A DNA stretch of 64,000 bases from Spirochaetia bacterium (lineage in GTDB: Bacteria; Spirochaetota; Spirochaetia; UBA9216): contig OZ223265.1 in assembly GCA_965140585.1 (NCBI GenBank), forward strand, positions 192,001 through 256,000, read 5' to 3'. The position numbers were made by a program, and so were the translations under genes. Numbering within the stretch: the first letter of the stretch is position 1; each line of letters opens with the position of its first letter. The notes under the pieces are model-generated. The model worked only from the letters and a program-made list of their open reading frames with translations. It was not told the DNA's origin and made no database searches. Below are positions 50,624 through 60,904 of this stretch, piece after piece.

Positions 50624-51205
50624 ATGGATATACCTTTTTTTATTGAAAAACCAACCTACTTCGATCCTGAAACAGGATTAACCGACAGCATTCCGGCACT
50701 TGAAAGAAGATACTCTGATATGAAAAACATGTATCACGATGAGGCTGCCAGAACTGCACTTGAAGAAAACGGTAATAACCTGGTTTACCGGTTTTATGAT
50801 TTCGGGGTTCAGGAAAAAGCAGGGGATCTGTGTTTTGGAACAAGCATTGTCTACCCCGGCAAGGTTGGAAATGAATACAATATGACAAACGGTCACTTTC
50901 ACACAATTATCGACACAGCCGAAATCTACTACTGCCAGGCCGGTTATGGAATGATGATGATGGAAAGTCCTGAAGGCGATATCATGTACAAAGAAATGCG
51001 CCCCGGACAGGCTGTTTATGTACCCGGGAGATATGCACACAGAAGCATCAATCTGTCTGATACAGAAACCCTTATCACATTTTATGTATTCAGGGCTGAT
51101 GCGGGTCATGATTACGGCGCCATTAAAGAAAAAGGCTTCAGAAAACTTGTTGTTGAAGAAGAAGGAAACTGGAAAGTAATTGATAACCCAAAATGGACTG
51201 AATAA
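50624..51205 (+). CDS. cupin-type (archaeal PgiA-like) sugar-phosphate isomerase
   Basis: PGKVGNEYNMTNGHFH, AEIY, YVPGRYAHRSIN, AGHDY. Confidence 0.88.
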   Translation: MDIPFFIEKPTYFDPETGLTDSIPALERRYSDMKNMYHDEAARTALEENGNNLVYRFYDFGVQEKAGDLCFGTSIVYPGKVGNEYNMTNGHFHTIIDTAEIYYCQAGYGMMMMESPEGDIMYKEMRPGQAVYVPGRYAHRSINLSDTETLITFYVFRADAGHDYGAIKEKGFRKLVVEEEGNWKVIDNPKWTE

Positions 51206-51207
51206 AA

Positions 51208-52140
51208 ATGCAGAAAAATAAAGGAAAGATTCTTGTTACCCCCCGCTCTCTGAGCAAGAGCGGGCATCCTTTTCTGGACAAATTCAGGGAAGCCGGCTAT
51301 GAAGTAATTATGCCGTTTCCCGGTGTACAGCCTTCAACTGAGGAACTATCATCAGTTCTTCCGGAATGTGTAGGGTACCTTGCCGGAGTAGAAAAAGTCA
51401 GCGCAGCAGTCCTAAAGAAATGCGAAAAACTGCGTGTAATAAGCCGAAACGGTGTCGGTATTGATAATGTTGATGCAAAGGCAGCCGGTGAAATGGGGAT
51501 ATCGCTGCAGGTTGCAAGGGGTGCTAATTCCAGAGGAGTTGCAGAACTTGCTATTACACTCATGCTGACACTGTTACGCGATATTTCATCAACAAACAGT
51601 TCAGTAAAAAACGGCGGATGGCATAGAACAAAAGGCTTTGAAGTTGAGGGAAAAAGACTTGGTATTATCGGGACGGGTCAGATAGGCCAGTTCACCGCCA
51701 AGCTTGCTTCAGGTCTGGATATGAAGATTATTGCATATGATCCATACCCAAACCCTGAGCTGCCGGAAAGGATTCCCGGATTCTGCTATGAATCAATTGA
51801 GGTGCTTTTAAGCTCAAGTGATGTTATCAGCCTTCATTGTCCTGCAGGTTCGAGTCCGCTTATAAATTCAGAAACTCTCAGTTTATGCAGAAAAGGTACT
51901 TATCTTGTAAATACAGCACGCTCTGCTCTGATTAATGAGGACGCCCTGCTTTCAGCACTGGAGAAGGGGATCATAGCCGGATATGCGGTTGATGCCTTTG
52001 ACACTGAACCGCCTGAATTATCTCCCCTCCTAAAACATGAAAAAGTAATCCTTACATCACATATAGGCGGGTTCACTGCCGAGAGCGTCGACAGAGCCAC
52101 TGAGGCTGCTGTAAAAAATCTTCTCGATAATCTTGGTTAG
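51208..52140 (+). CDS. D-isomer-specific 2-hydroxyacid dehydrogenase (SerA-like, no ACT domain)
   Basis: SRNGVGIDN, GTGQIG, NTARS, DAFDTEP, TSHIGG. Confidence 0.92.
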   Translation: MQKNKGKILVTPRSLSKSGHPFLDKFREAGYEVIMPFPGVQPSTEELSSVLPECVGYLAGVEKVSAAVLKKCEKLRVISRNGVGIDNVDAKAAGEMGISLQVARGANSRGVAELAITLMLTLLRDISSTNSSVKNGGWHRTKGFEVEGKRLGIIGTGQIGQFTAKLASGLDMKIIAYDPYPNPELPERIPGFCYESIEVLLSSSDVISLHCPAGSSPLINSETLSLCRKGTYLVNTARSALINEDALLSALEKGIIAGYAVDAFDTEPPELSPLLKHEKVILTSHIGGFTAESVDRATEAAVKNLLDNLG

Positions 52141-52209
52141 TTACCAGGCCGCTGCGGCTTAATCGCCGCAGCAGTATAAACACAACAGCCTGTCATTCAG
52201 CTAAATATT

Positions 52210-52249
52210 CTATATTCGCAATTACACAACTATTTTCGCAATTATATAT
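52210..52249. repeat. 20-bp tandem repeat upstream of the peptidase
   Basis: CTATATTCGCAATTACACAA / CTATTTTCGCAATTATATAT. Confidence 0.65.
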
Positions 52250-52293
52250 TGTTACAAAAACAGAAACTCATTAATATGTTCATTGGAGTTATT

Positions 52294-54357
52294 ATGAACA
52301 CAAGTATTAAACGCTTCATTGAAACCGCCGATTCATCTTTCGGATATAAAATCGCACTCGAACTGACTAAACCTGAGCTGTTCAACAGTCCTCTAGGCGG
52401 ACGGCAGTCCGGAAGTGAAGCCGAGCACCGCACCGCAAATTTTCTTGTAGAAAAAATGAAATCCATCGGGCTGACGAATGTAAGGAAGGAGGGTTTTTCC
52501 GCAGACCTCTGGCAGTTCAACGGCAGTACCCTTACAGTGCGAGTCCCGGACACTGAGCTCACTCTTTCTCCCTATGCCTATGCCACCGGTGGAACCTCAG
52601 CCGAAGGTATTACAGCTGAACTTGTCTGCGCCGGACGGGGAACGCTGGATGATTATAAGGGCCTTGATGTAAAAGATAAAATTGTTTTAATCGATATCGA
52701 CATGTATAACGACTGGGAAATTGCCTACCCCACTCTTGAAGCCGAACTGCACGGCGCGGCCGCGGTGATAAGCAGCAGTACCGGCGGCTATGGCCGCTGC
52801 AGCAATGATGCATATAATATACAAAACGCAGCCTGCAGATTAAGTATTCCGTCTGTGAATATAAGTGTAAATGATTCGGATAAGCTGAAGAAATTACTTA
52901 AAAATGGGCCGGTTGAGGTCAACCTTAAAGTTGATAATATAGTCGCCGAAGGCGGGACAAGCTATAACATAGTAGGTGAAATCCCCGGAAAAACCGATGA
53001 AATTATAATTATAGGCGATCATTACGACACCCACTTCTGGGGCTTTCAGGATGATTCCGCCGGAGTAGCGCTGGTATTTTGTATTGCTGATACACTCATT
53101 AAGTCGGGTTACAAGCCGGAAAAGACCCTCCTTTTCGTCCTGCACGGGGCGGAGGAATGGGGAGCAATCGGAACACATTATGACTGGGCTATCGGAGCCT
53201 GGAAGCAGATAAACCATGTACATCCTGAATGGCAGGGCAAAGCTCTGGCCTTCCTGAATTTCGAGCATCCGGCGCACACAATTCTTGACCCAGATTACTA
53301 CATTGATTCGGCTCCGGAATTATTCAGCATGCTCAGACGCTTCAGAAAGCATGCACCTGATCCTTATACGCTCTACCCCGAAGGATTCAGTGAAACCGAT
53401 TATCATATCAGCAGCTGGACCGATTCCTACTCCTACAACCAGGCAGGTATCCCATCTACCTGCAATGCAAGAGGCTCAAAGACTTTTCCGAAAGAGCAGG
53501 ACTTTTATCTTCAGAAATATCACACCCAGTTCGATGATCCTTCAACCTGGGAAGAGGATGTTTTCCGGTACAACCTTGAGTACTTCGGTACTCTGGTAAT
53601 CAGAATGGATAACTCACCATTTCTTGAACTTGATTTCTCTCAGCAGGCGGCAAGAATGACAGAAAGCATAAGAGCAGCAGCTTTCAAATATGCCGGGGTG
53701 GATTCTGAGGCACTTCTTTTAGCTGCTGAAAAGCTGAAAAATGCTGGATCCGGTCTGTTCAAAAAGGCTGCGGCAATAAATGATTATTACTTAAACAGCT
53801 CAGAACTGACTGAAGAGCAGAAAAAGCAGATTAAAGATGCCGCCTATAAAGCAAATAGACAAATACTTGATATTTTCAGGGATATTCAGGACTCCTTATA
53901 TAAACTCGACTGGAACGATGTACCCATTATCCCCCATGCGCAGGCACAGAAAAATCTCGAATTGCTGGCCGAGGCTTTGGTACGACTTAAAGCCGGTGAT
54001 GCTGAATACGTAGTTAATGAAATAATTAAGGAAATCGACTGCCACTGGTATAGTCTGTTTTTCAGCCGTGAGGTTGTTCAGTATCATATTGATCAAATTT
54101 CCGGTGATGAGAACAGGGATAAACTGTTCTGGGGTAAGGATCAGATTCAACATACAGCCGATCTTTGGGAAACTGTAAAATCCCTGAAATCCAGGGTTAA
54201 TCAGCCGGAGGCAGATTTCGATATCGAAATCAGGACATTGATGCAGGAACTTGAAAATCAGAAAAAATATATGACAGAAATAATCCCCATGGAAATAGAA
54301 AGCCTGGAAAGGATTTACCTGAAGCTTCAGAAATTTGAGATGTTAAATATTGCTTGA
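52294..54357 (+). CDS. M28 metallopeptidase with PA domain
   Basis: GDHYD, QDDSAG, GAEEWG, NFE and YHT zinc ligands; PA insert; no signal peptide; start ATG 52294. Confidence 0.88.
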   Translation: MNTSIKRFIETADSSFGYKIALELTKPELFNSPLGGRQSGSEAEHRTANFLVEKMKSIGLTNVRKEGFSADLWQFNGSTLTVRVPDTELTLSPYAYATGGTSAEGITAELVCAGRGTLDDYKGLDVKDKIVLIDIDMYNDWEIAYPTLEAELHGAAAVISSSTGGYGRCSNDAYNIQNAACRLSIPSVNISVNDSDKLKKLLKNGPVEVNLKVDNIVAEGGTSYNIVGEIPGKTDEIIIIGDHYDTHFWGFQDDSAGVALVFCIADTLIKSGYKPEKTLLFVLHGAEEWGAIGTHYDWAIGAWKQINHVHPEWQGKALAFLNFEHPAHTILDPDYYIDSAPELFSMLRRFRKHAPDPYTLYPEGFSETDYHISSWTDSYSYNQAGIPSTCNARGSKTFPKEQDFYLQKYHTQFDDPSTWEEDVFRYNLEYFGTLVIRMDNSPFLELDFSQQAARMTESIRAAAFKYAGVDSEALLLAAEKLKNAGSGLFKKAAAINDYYLNSSELTEEQKKQIKDAAYKANRQILDIFRDIQDSLYKLDWNDVPIIPHAQAQKNLELLAEALVRLKAGDAEYVVNEIIKEIDCHWYSLFFSREVVQYHIDQISGDENRDKLFWGKDQIQHTADLWETVKSLKSRVNQPEADFDIEIRTLMQELENQKKYMTEIIPMEIESLERIYLKLQKFEMLNIA

Positions 54358-54365
54358 AGGTAATC

Positions 54366-54410
54366 AAAAAAGGAGCTGGAAGAATCACTTCTTTCAGCTC
54401 CTAATTTTTT
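54366..54410. terminator. bidirectional terminator
   Basis: AGGAGCTGGAAGA...TCTTTCAGCTCCT flanked by A and T runs between convergent genes. Confidence 0.75.
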
Positions 54411-54426
54411 GTGTGTAATGTGTGAT

Positions 54427-55128
54427 CTATCTTCTTCGTCCGAAGATTCTCAAAACAAAGAGGAAAATATTTATAAAATCAAGATACAGTTTAAGAGCCC
54501 CCATGATTGAAAGACGCATGTAATTGGTCTCGTCGACACCGCCGCTAAACTGTCTGCTCATTCTCATAATCTGCTGGGTGTCATAGGCTGTCAATCCCAT
54601 AAAGACAGCAACCCCGATGTATGAAATCAGGTAATATAATGCTGAGCTCTGAAGAAAGAAATTAATGATCGTAGCGATAATAATTCCTATAAGTCCCATC
54701 ATAAGATAGTGGGCCATTCCCTGAAGTTCGCGCTTTGTAGTTACTGCATACAAACTCATGCCTCCAAACATAGCCGCAGTGGTGAAAAATGCAAGCGATA
54801 TAGTTGCACCTGTATAGGCCAAAAAAATCACCGATAGAGTCACACCGTTAAGTGCCGCATAGGCGGTGAAAGAAAGAGTTGCAGCCATACTGCTCATATT
54901 CATCAATCTTCTCGACATAAACATCACAAGAATGAGCTCTCCGATAACTGCTCCGAAAAACAACATTGGATTTGAAACCAGCATGTACATCACCGACTGG
55001 TTACCGGCCAGCCAGTATGCAATTACACCGGTAAGTGCCAGCCCTCCGGTCATCCAAAGATAAACATTCTTTATGATACTTCTTTCCCGCGCCATTGCGG
55101 GATTAATATAATTGTCCCTTGTATCCAT
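54427..55128 (-). CDS. Bax inhibitor-1/YccA family membrane protein
   Basis: VYLWM, LTAYDTQ, ALKLYLDFINIF; seven TM helices. Confidence 0.93.
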   Translation of the reverse strand: MDTRDNYINPAMARERSIIKNVYLWMTGGLALTGVIAYWLAGNQSVMYMLVSNPMLFFGAVIGELILVMFMSRRLMNMSSMAATLSFTAYAALNGVTLSVIFLAYTGATISLAFFTTAAMFGGMSLYAVTTKRELQGMAHYLMMGLIGIIIATIINFFLQSSALYYLISYIGVAVFMGLTAYDTQQIMRMSRQFSGGVDETNYMRLSIMGALKLYLDFINIFLFVLRIFGRRR

Positions 55129-55324
55129 CTCTTACTCCTTTTATAGGATGATTAATAGATAATCAGGAAAGGTGGTGATCGTCAAGTTAAGTAGTCAGAT
55201 TTTACACTCTGTTCATATAATTAACATTTCCACATTACATTTCGTTTACAAATACTTAAAATACCGCACAATTAAGTTAACTTATATTGATTTTTTTTAT
55301 TAAAAATGTTTACTTATACTTGAT

Positions 55325-56305
55325 ATGAATCATAGTACAAAAGGCTTATTCTGCATTGCTGCATCAACTGTACTATTCAGCACAATGGAAATAGCGCTCA
55401 AACAGATAGCAGGGGATTTCAATCCCGTTCAGCTCAACTTCATCAGGTTTACTTTAGGCGGATTGTTCCTGCTTCCCTTCACTATCAGTTACCTCAGAAG
55501 GAAGGGAATCAGAATTAAAGCAATAGATCTTCTGTTCTTTCTGCTTACCGGCTTTGCTGGTATCACCGTCAGCATGGCCTTCTATCAGACAGCTCTGATT
55601 GAGACTCCGGCATCTGTTGTTGCGGTTATTTTCAGCTGTAACCCGGTTTTTACTGCCATATTTGCTGCACTGATACTCAAGGAGAAAATTAATATTTTCA
55701 CTATTTTCAGCGCAGTTCTGGCAGCAGCCGGAATTATATTGATTGCCGCCCCGTTTAATAATTCTGCATCACCTGTGCAGGGTATTGTTTTAACAATCTG
55801 CGGCGCAACTGCGTTTTCACTTTACGGGGTTCTCGGGCGGACAAAAAGCAGCCGGCTGGGAGTAATGGCAGTCACATGTTTCAGCTTTATTGCTGCCGGA
55901 CTAGAAATGCTTATTCTTATTTTTATCAGTCACCTCAGTCCGGCAATTTCATTACTTCACAAGGCAGGTCTGGAAATCTTTACATCAATTCCGATTACAT
56001 CAGGAATAAGCCTGACCAACCTTCCTGTTCTTCTGTATGTCAGCATATTTGTAACAGGCTTGGGATATACCCTCTATGCACTGGCTATAAGAAACACATC
56101 CGCTCAGGCCGCTTCTTCCGTATTCTATATCAAACCCTTTTTAGCAGCACTATTGAGTTATTTTATTCTAAATGAAGTGACAGGGTTCACAACAGCTGTG
56201 GGAATAGCATTGATAAGTGCCGGTTCGGTTTTTACACTGATAAAACCGAAAAAACCGGCAAAGAGTCCAGATACTGATGGGATTCTTGTGAAAAAAGCCT
56301 CTTAA
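55325..56305 (+). CDS. DMT/EamA family transporter
   Basis: About ten TM helices in two EamA repeats. Confidence 0.9.
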   Translation: MNHSTKGLFCIAASTVLFSTMEIALKQIAGDFNPVQLNFIRFTLGGLFLLPFTISYLRRKGIRIKAIDLLFFLLTGFAGITVSMAFYQTALIETPASVVAVIFSCNPVFTAIFAALILKEKINIFTIFSAVLAAAGIILIAAPFNNSASPVQGIVLTICGATAFSLYGVLGRTKSSRLGVMAVTCFSFIAAGLEMLILIFISHLSPAISLLHKAGLEIFTSIPITSGISLTNLPVLLYVSIFVTGLGYTLYALAIRNTSAQAASSVFYIKPFLAALLSYFILNEVTGFTTAVGIALISAGSVFTLIKPKKPAKSPDTDGILVKKAS

Positions 56306-56997
56306 ACAGATTTTCTGCCGTTCAGGATTGCCCTGATCTTTCTCCAGTCAGGAAGGAAGCTGTCCATGTAGCTGTAAAAGCGGCTATTATGCCCCCTCTC
56401 AAGCAAATGCACAAGCTCATGAACATAAACATACTCTAAACAGTCATCTGACAATTTTGCCAGTTCAGTATTTAGGCGTATGTGCCTTGAACTGAGGCTG
56501 CAGCTGCCCCATCTTGACTTCATTTTACGGAAGCTTACCGATTCGGGCTCAAGCTTTGTCAGTTTTTTCCATTTCGGTATAAGTAAATCAATTCTTGCAG
56601 CAAGCTCATTCCGGTACCATGAATATAAAAGCCGTGCTCTTTTTTCATAATCTGATGTACCCCTTAGGTACATATACATATTGTTTCCTGAAGTTTCAAT
56701 TCCAGACTGATCAGCATCTTCTACCAGCACAAGGGTATAGGCTTTTCCCCGAAAATAGTGAGTCTCTCCGGAGATCATCTGAAGTTCCTGAAGAGGTTCA
56801 TTATTTGCATACTTCTGCCGATGCTTGATAATCCAGTCAAGGCGTGAATATGCAAACTTCATTACAGACTTCTCTGTCGCCAGAAGAGGAGATGTAATAC
56901 GGACTTCTCCACTGGGCGGATGTATTGACAGGTTGATATTCTTCACATTTTTACGCTTAAGAAGTACAGGAATATCATCTAAATACAGAATCTTCAA
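56302..56997 (-). CDS. YgjP/DUF45 (M48-like) zinc hydrolase
   Basis: MKSRWGSC, YVYVHELVH, HNSRFY. Confidence 0.9.
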   Translation of the reverse strand: MKILYLDDIPVLLKRKNVKNINLSIHPPSGEVRITSPLLATEKSVMKFAYSRLDWIIKHRQKYANNEPLQELQMISGETHYFRGKAYTLVLVEDADQSGIETSGNNMYMYLRGTSDYEKRARLLYSWYRNELAARIDLLIPKWKKLTKLEPESVSFRKMKSRWGSCSLSSRHIRLNTELAKLSDDCLEYVYVHELVHLLERGHNSRFYSYMDSFLPDWRKIRAILNGRKSV

Positions 56998-57136
56998 GTA
57001 TCGCTCCGGATCTTTTTATACACATAAAAATACATAGATGCAATCATTTTATCGGGTCTTTTTACCTCCTGCTATTGCTTCTGAAAGACTGTGAAATATA
57101 CTTAATATTAGCAGTAAATATTTTTACGGGGTCAAT

Positions 57137-58222
57137 ATGGTTTCCGAGAAAAGAAAAATTCTATTTGTAGACGATGAACCGAATATACTGAACAGCCTGA
57201 AAAGACTGCTCAGATCCAAAAAGAATATCTGGGACATGAGTTTTGCCATCAGCGGAGAAGAAGCGCTTAGAATCATAAATCAGCAGAAAATCGAGCTCAT
57301 TGTATCTGATATGCGAATGCCCGAGATGGATGGAGTTGAGCTGCTTAAACGCATCAAGGAAATTGACAGCAGTATCATAAGAATTATCCTCTCTGGATAT
57401 TCTGATCTTGATATGATCCTGTCTGTTACAGAAACTGCACATCAGTATCTGGCAAAACCCTGTGATATAGAATTGCTTGAGAAGATTATCACTCAGTCAT
57501 GCAGTCTTCTGGATGCTGAGGAATCTGAAAATCTGATGCGGCCTATAGCAGCTATCACTTCGGTTCCTGTGAATCAGGAGGTTCTGAACAGACTGAAAAA
57601 CAAACTCGAACAAGAAGAAATTTCCATTAATGAGATTTCAAAAATTGTAGCAGAAGATCTTGGAATTTCTACAAAACTGCTGCAGCTGAATTATTCAGCT
57701 TTTTTTGGATTTAAGAGAGACATTTATTCAATTTATGACGCCGTCAATCTTCTCGGCACAGAGATACTTAAGGCGCTTGTGCTAAAACTTAATATATTTG
57801 ACTCGTATGCAAGCAGTTCTGTTACTAAAGAAAGCAGTGGTATCGTATTCGGAAAGTACGTTGAGGAGCTGATATCGGATATGGATGATCCATCCGCCTC
57901 CGGTTATATAAGAATTGCCGGAGGGCTCCGCGATACAAGCAGCCAGATGGTTTCCGGCAACCCTGAACTTGAAAAACTCAGCGGAGCTACGAAAGACAAG
58001 GCAGGAGCGTACCTTCTAAAACTATGGGGCTTTCCGCAATCTATCACCGATCCCATAGAATTTTACCGGACCCCTTCTGAATATACCGGCGATTATCTGC
58101 AGGGAGTGGCAATCCTGCACGCTGCGGATTTACTTTCAAAAGGCGAGAACCCATCAGAAAGTACTGCTGTACTTCTTCAAAAAGCAGGGCTGCAGGATAA
58201 ACTTGGCAGAATCAGTCTTTAG
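57137..58222 (+). CDS. response regulator with HDOD domain
   Basis: FVDDE, SDMRMP, LSG, AKP receiver motifs; C-terminal SAFFG...GAYLLKLWGFP HDOD. Confidence 0.9.
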   Translation: MVSEKRKILFVDDEPNILNSLKRLLRSKKNIWDMSFAISGEEALRIINQQKIELIVSDMRMPEMDGVELLKRIKEIDSSIIRIILSGYSDLDMILSVTETAHQYLAKPCDIELLEKIITQSCSLLDAEESENLMRPIAAITSVPVNQEVLNRLKNKLEQEEISINEISKIVAEDLGISTKLLQLNYSAFFGFKRDIYSIYDAVNLLGTEILKALVLKLNIFDSYASSSVTKESSGIVFGKYVEELISDMDDPSASGYIRIAGGLRDTSSQMVSGNPELEKLSGATKDKAGAYLLKLWGFPQSITDPIEFYRTPSEYTGDYLQGVAILHAADLLSKGENPSESTAVLLQKAGLQDKLGRISL

Positions 58223-58225
58223 ACC

Positions 58226-58440
58226 GTGTCAATTTGAACAATATTGAACATTCACGGTACAGGAAAAAGAGTCATTTTGACACAATCATACAGTAAAACT
58301 GCGTCATTTTCCCCTGATAGAAGTTTAAATTATTCGGACGTTCTGGAAATTATTAAACAGAGCAAAATCAATAATTCACTATCATATAAGAACTTACACA
58401 TTTTTTAGCATACGAGATAAATTTTGGCACACATTATGCA
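58226..58440 (+). promoter_or_regulatory. sigma54 promoter and candidate enhancer boxes for the hsp20 pair
   Basis: TGGCACACATTATGCA (GG 58426-58427, GC 58438-58439); GTCA(A/T)TTT boxes at 58228, 58271 and 58303. Confidence 0.75.
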
Positions 58441-58475
58441 ATATATAAGTAACACCAATTCAGGAGGTATATATT

Positions 58476-58937
58476 ATGGCACTTGTAAGATGGAAAGAAC
58501 GAACACCCTATGATCCCTGGGCGGACCTGCAAAAACTTCAGAGCGAGATCAATGATCTTTTTGATGTCGGAGCCCGCAGCGAGAATGCCGGTCTTTTTGA
58601 CCGAAGTGTATCTCCCCCAGTAGACATAATTGAAAGCGAACATGATTTTTCAATTATCTGTGAGCTGCCCGGACTTGAACAGAAAGACATTGATCTAAGT
58701 ATTACTTCAAACATTATAACTATCAAGGGTGAGAAGAAAGGTAAAAATGAGCTAAAGGAAAAAGGAAAGCTTTACAAGAAAGAGAGCTGGAGCGGCTCAT
58801 TTCAAAGGACTCTTTCAATGCCTGAGAGCATTGATTCAGAGAAAATTAAAGCTGAACTTTCTAACGGAATACTGACAATAAATGTTCTTAAAAAAGAAGA
58901 AATGAAAGCAAAGCAGATTGCTGTAAAGGTAAAATAG
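58476..58937 (+). CDS. Hsp20/alpha-crystallin small heat shock protein
   Basis: PPVDI, ELPG, GSFQR, NGILTI, C-terminal IAV motif. Confidence 0.95.
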   Translation: MALVRWKERTPYDPWADLQKLQSEINDLFDVGARSENAGLFDRSVSPPVDIIESEHDFSIICELPGLEQKDIDLSITSNIITIKGEKKGKNELKEKGKLYKKESWSGSFQRTLSMPESIDSEKIKAELSNGILTINVLKKEEMKAKQIAVKVK

Positions 58938-58946
58938 GAGGATATT

Positions 58947-59300
58947 ATGGCTGAAGCAACTAAAGTATCAAAAAACAGACTTTCCGCCTGCTGTGATATC
59001 TATGAACAGGAAGGGAAAGTATACCTGACAATGGAAATGCCGGGTGTTTCAAAAGAAGATCTTGAAATAAAAGTTGACGATAACAAGCTGTTTATTTCAG
59101 GCAGAAAAGAACTCCGGCATCCGGATGGAGAGTTCCGCATACGTGAAATACGGGAAGGAGATTACCATCACGTCTTCACTATCGATAATACCATAGACCG
59201 GGATAAGATTGATGCTGAAATAAAGAATGGAATCCTTAATGTTGTACTTTCTATAAAGGAATCTGAAAAGCCGAGAAGAATTGAGATTAAGGCAAGCTGA
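58947..59300 (+). CDS. second Hsp20 family protein (short N-terminus)
   Basis: EMPGV, NGILNV, PRRIEI. Confidence 0.94.
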   Translation: MAEATKVSKNRLSACCDIYEQEGKVYLTMEMPGVSKEDLEIKVDDNKLFISGRKELRHPDGEFRIREIREGDYHHVFTIDNTIDRDKIDAEIKNGILNVVLSIKESEKPRRIEIKAS

Positions 59301-59321
59301 AAATATTAGGCATGATGGTTT

Positions 59322-59360
59322 AAAGCGGGGAAGCGCCTGAGGGCAGCTCTCCGCTTTTTT
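59322..59360 (+). terminator. hsp20 operon terminator
   Basis: AAAGCGGGGA...TCTCCGCTTTTTT. Confidence 0.75.
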
Positions 59361-60702
59361 ATGTTTTGAATTTTCCAATCAGATTCTGAACTTCTTCAAC
59401 ATTTGATTCATTTTTATTCGCTGTCTCAATAAAATCATCTATATCAGATGAGATTGATTCTATCTCCGATTCAATAGCCGGAAAATCAGATTTAATACTG
59501 TCTGAAATACTTCCTATCCCCGAAAGCGACTTCTGAATTGTTGAAATGCTTATGTTTATCAAATCTGAGCTGTTTTTTACCCGGCTGGATGAATCAAGCA
59601 GATTATCGAGAATAGAAAGCTCAGTGCTGCTTTTATCTGCAAGACTTGAAATACTGTCCCTGAAAACAGAAATCTCTTTAAGTGTATTTTGAATACCGCT
59701 GAGTATACTTTGGAATTTCTCACCGGTCACTGATGAGGTTTCTTTGGTATGATTGATATATTCTGATATCTCATTGAGGGAGCCGCTGATTTTCTTCGCA
59801 TTGAAAGCGGTATTCTCTGCAAGTTTTCTTATTTCATCAGCCACCACAGCAAAACCTTTTCCTGAATCACCGGCATGAGCAGCTTCTATTGCAGCGTTCA
59901 TTGCCAGAAGGTTTGTTTGAGCTGCAATAGAATTTATTACATTTATCATTTCCAGAATTATTGAGGTCGAGTCTGATATCATGTTGATATTTTCAATAGT
60001 CAAGTTCATTGATTCAGTACCTGAAACAGCAACCTTCTCGAGTGCATTAAGAGTGTTCAGATTCTTTGATATATTTTCTGGAACTTCATTAATAAGTTTA
60101 ATTACATTTTCCATAGTCTGTGATGATTCTGAGATATGCAATATAAGTCGCTGCACTTCCGAAGTAAAACCGCTTAACTCTCCAGTATTTCTTCTTGATT
60201 CAACAACATCGGCATCAATGGCTTCAAGCTCACCGGACAGTTTTGCTATCTTTAAAATAAGTTCCTTATTTCTGCTTCCTGTTTGTGCTCCCAGAGAATT
60301 CAAACCCATTCCTATTTCAGAAACCCGGTTTAATGCATCTTTTATGGCATTCAGCATTAACCTGAGATTCTGTATAAAGCCGTTAAAGTTATCAGTGAGG
60401 ATTCCAAGTTCATCGTCTGATTCAAGAGAAACACATGCAGTCAAATCTCCCTGATTGCAGGAAATATCCTTCATTTGTACAGAGATTATCTTTATAACCC
60501 TGTAAATGGTTTTTTTACCTATCAGGTAAGAAACAAGTCCGACTGTTATTCCGGCAGCTATGCAGCCCGCCACATAAATTAACATTGCGGCTCTGCTTTT
60601 AAACTCTGTAAAAAGAGAGGTATAAAGAGGAAAAATTATTCCCATAAGAAACCCGAAACTGACTGAATAAAGGAGATATCTCCTGCTTACACTCTTCAGC
60701 AT
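59359..60702 (-). CDS. methyl-accepting chemotaxis protein (2 TM, HAMP, almost no periplasmic domain)
   Basis: GDLT...DELG HAMP; [17 protein letters not shown]; start likely ATG 60702. Confidence 0.92.
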   Translation of the reverse strand: MLKSVSRRYLLYSVSFGFLMGIIFPLYTSLFTEFKSRAAMLIYVAGCIAAGITVGLVSYLIGKKTIYRVIKIISVQMKDISCNQGDLTACVSLESDDELGILTDNFNGFIQNLRLMLNAIKDALNRVSEIGMGLNSLGAQTGSRNKELILKIAKLSGELEAIDADVVESRRNTGELSGFTSEVQRLILHISESSQTMENVIKLINEVPENISKNLNTLNALEKVAVSGTESMNLTIENINMISDSTSIILEMINVINSIAAQTNLLAMNAAIEAAHAGDSGKGFAVVADEIRKLAENTAFNAKKISGSLNEISEYINHTKETSSVTGEKFQSILSGIQNTLKEISVFRDSISSLADKSSTELSILDNLLDSSSRVKNSSDLINISISTIQKSLSGIGSISDSIKSDFPAIESEIESISSDIDDFIETANKNESNVEEVQNLIGKFKT

Positions 60703-60904
60703 GTCTGCAGCCCTATTAAACAGGTCATAATTAAAAGATAGTATTCCTGAGGCTGATATGCAAATTTTATACTGCTGGAAACACACAGCCGGGCGAACTC
60801 TTTTATATTTAAATTTTATTAAAAGTATTCAATATGAAGTTTTAAAGCTGTTTTAATACCTTGACCAAGTGTAATATTGCCTCAGAAAGATTAGGGATGT
60901 GTAG

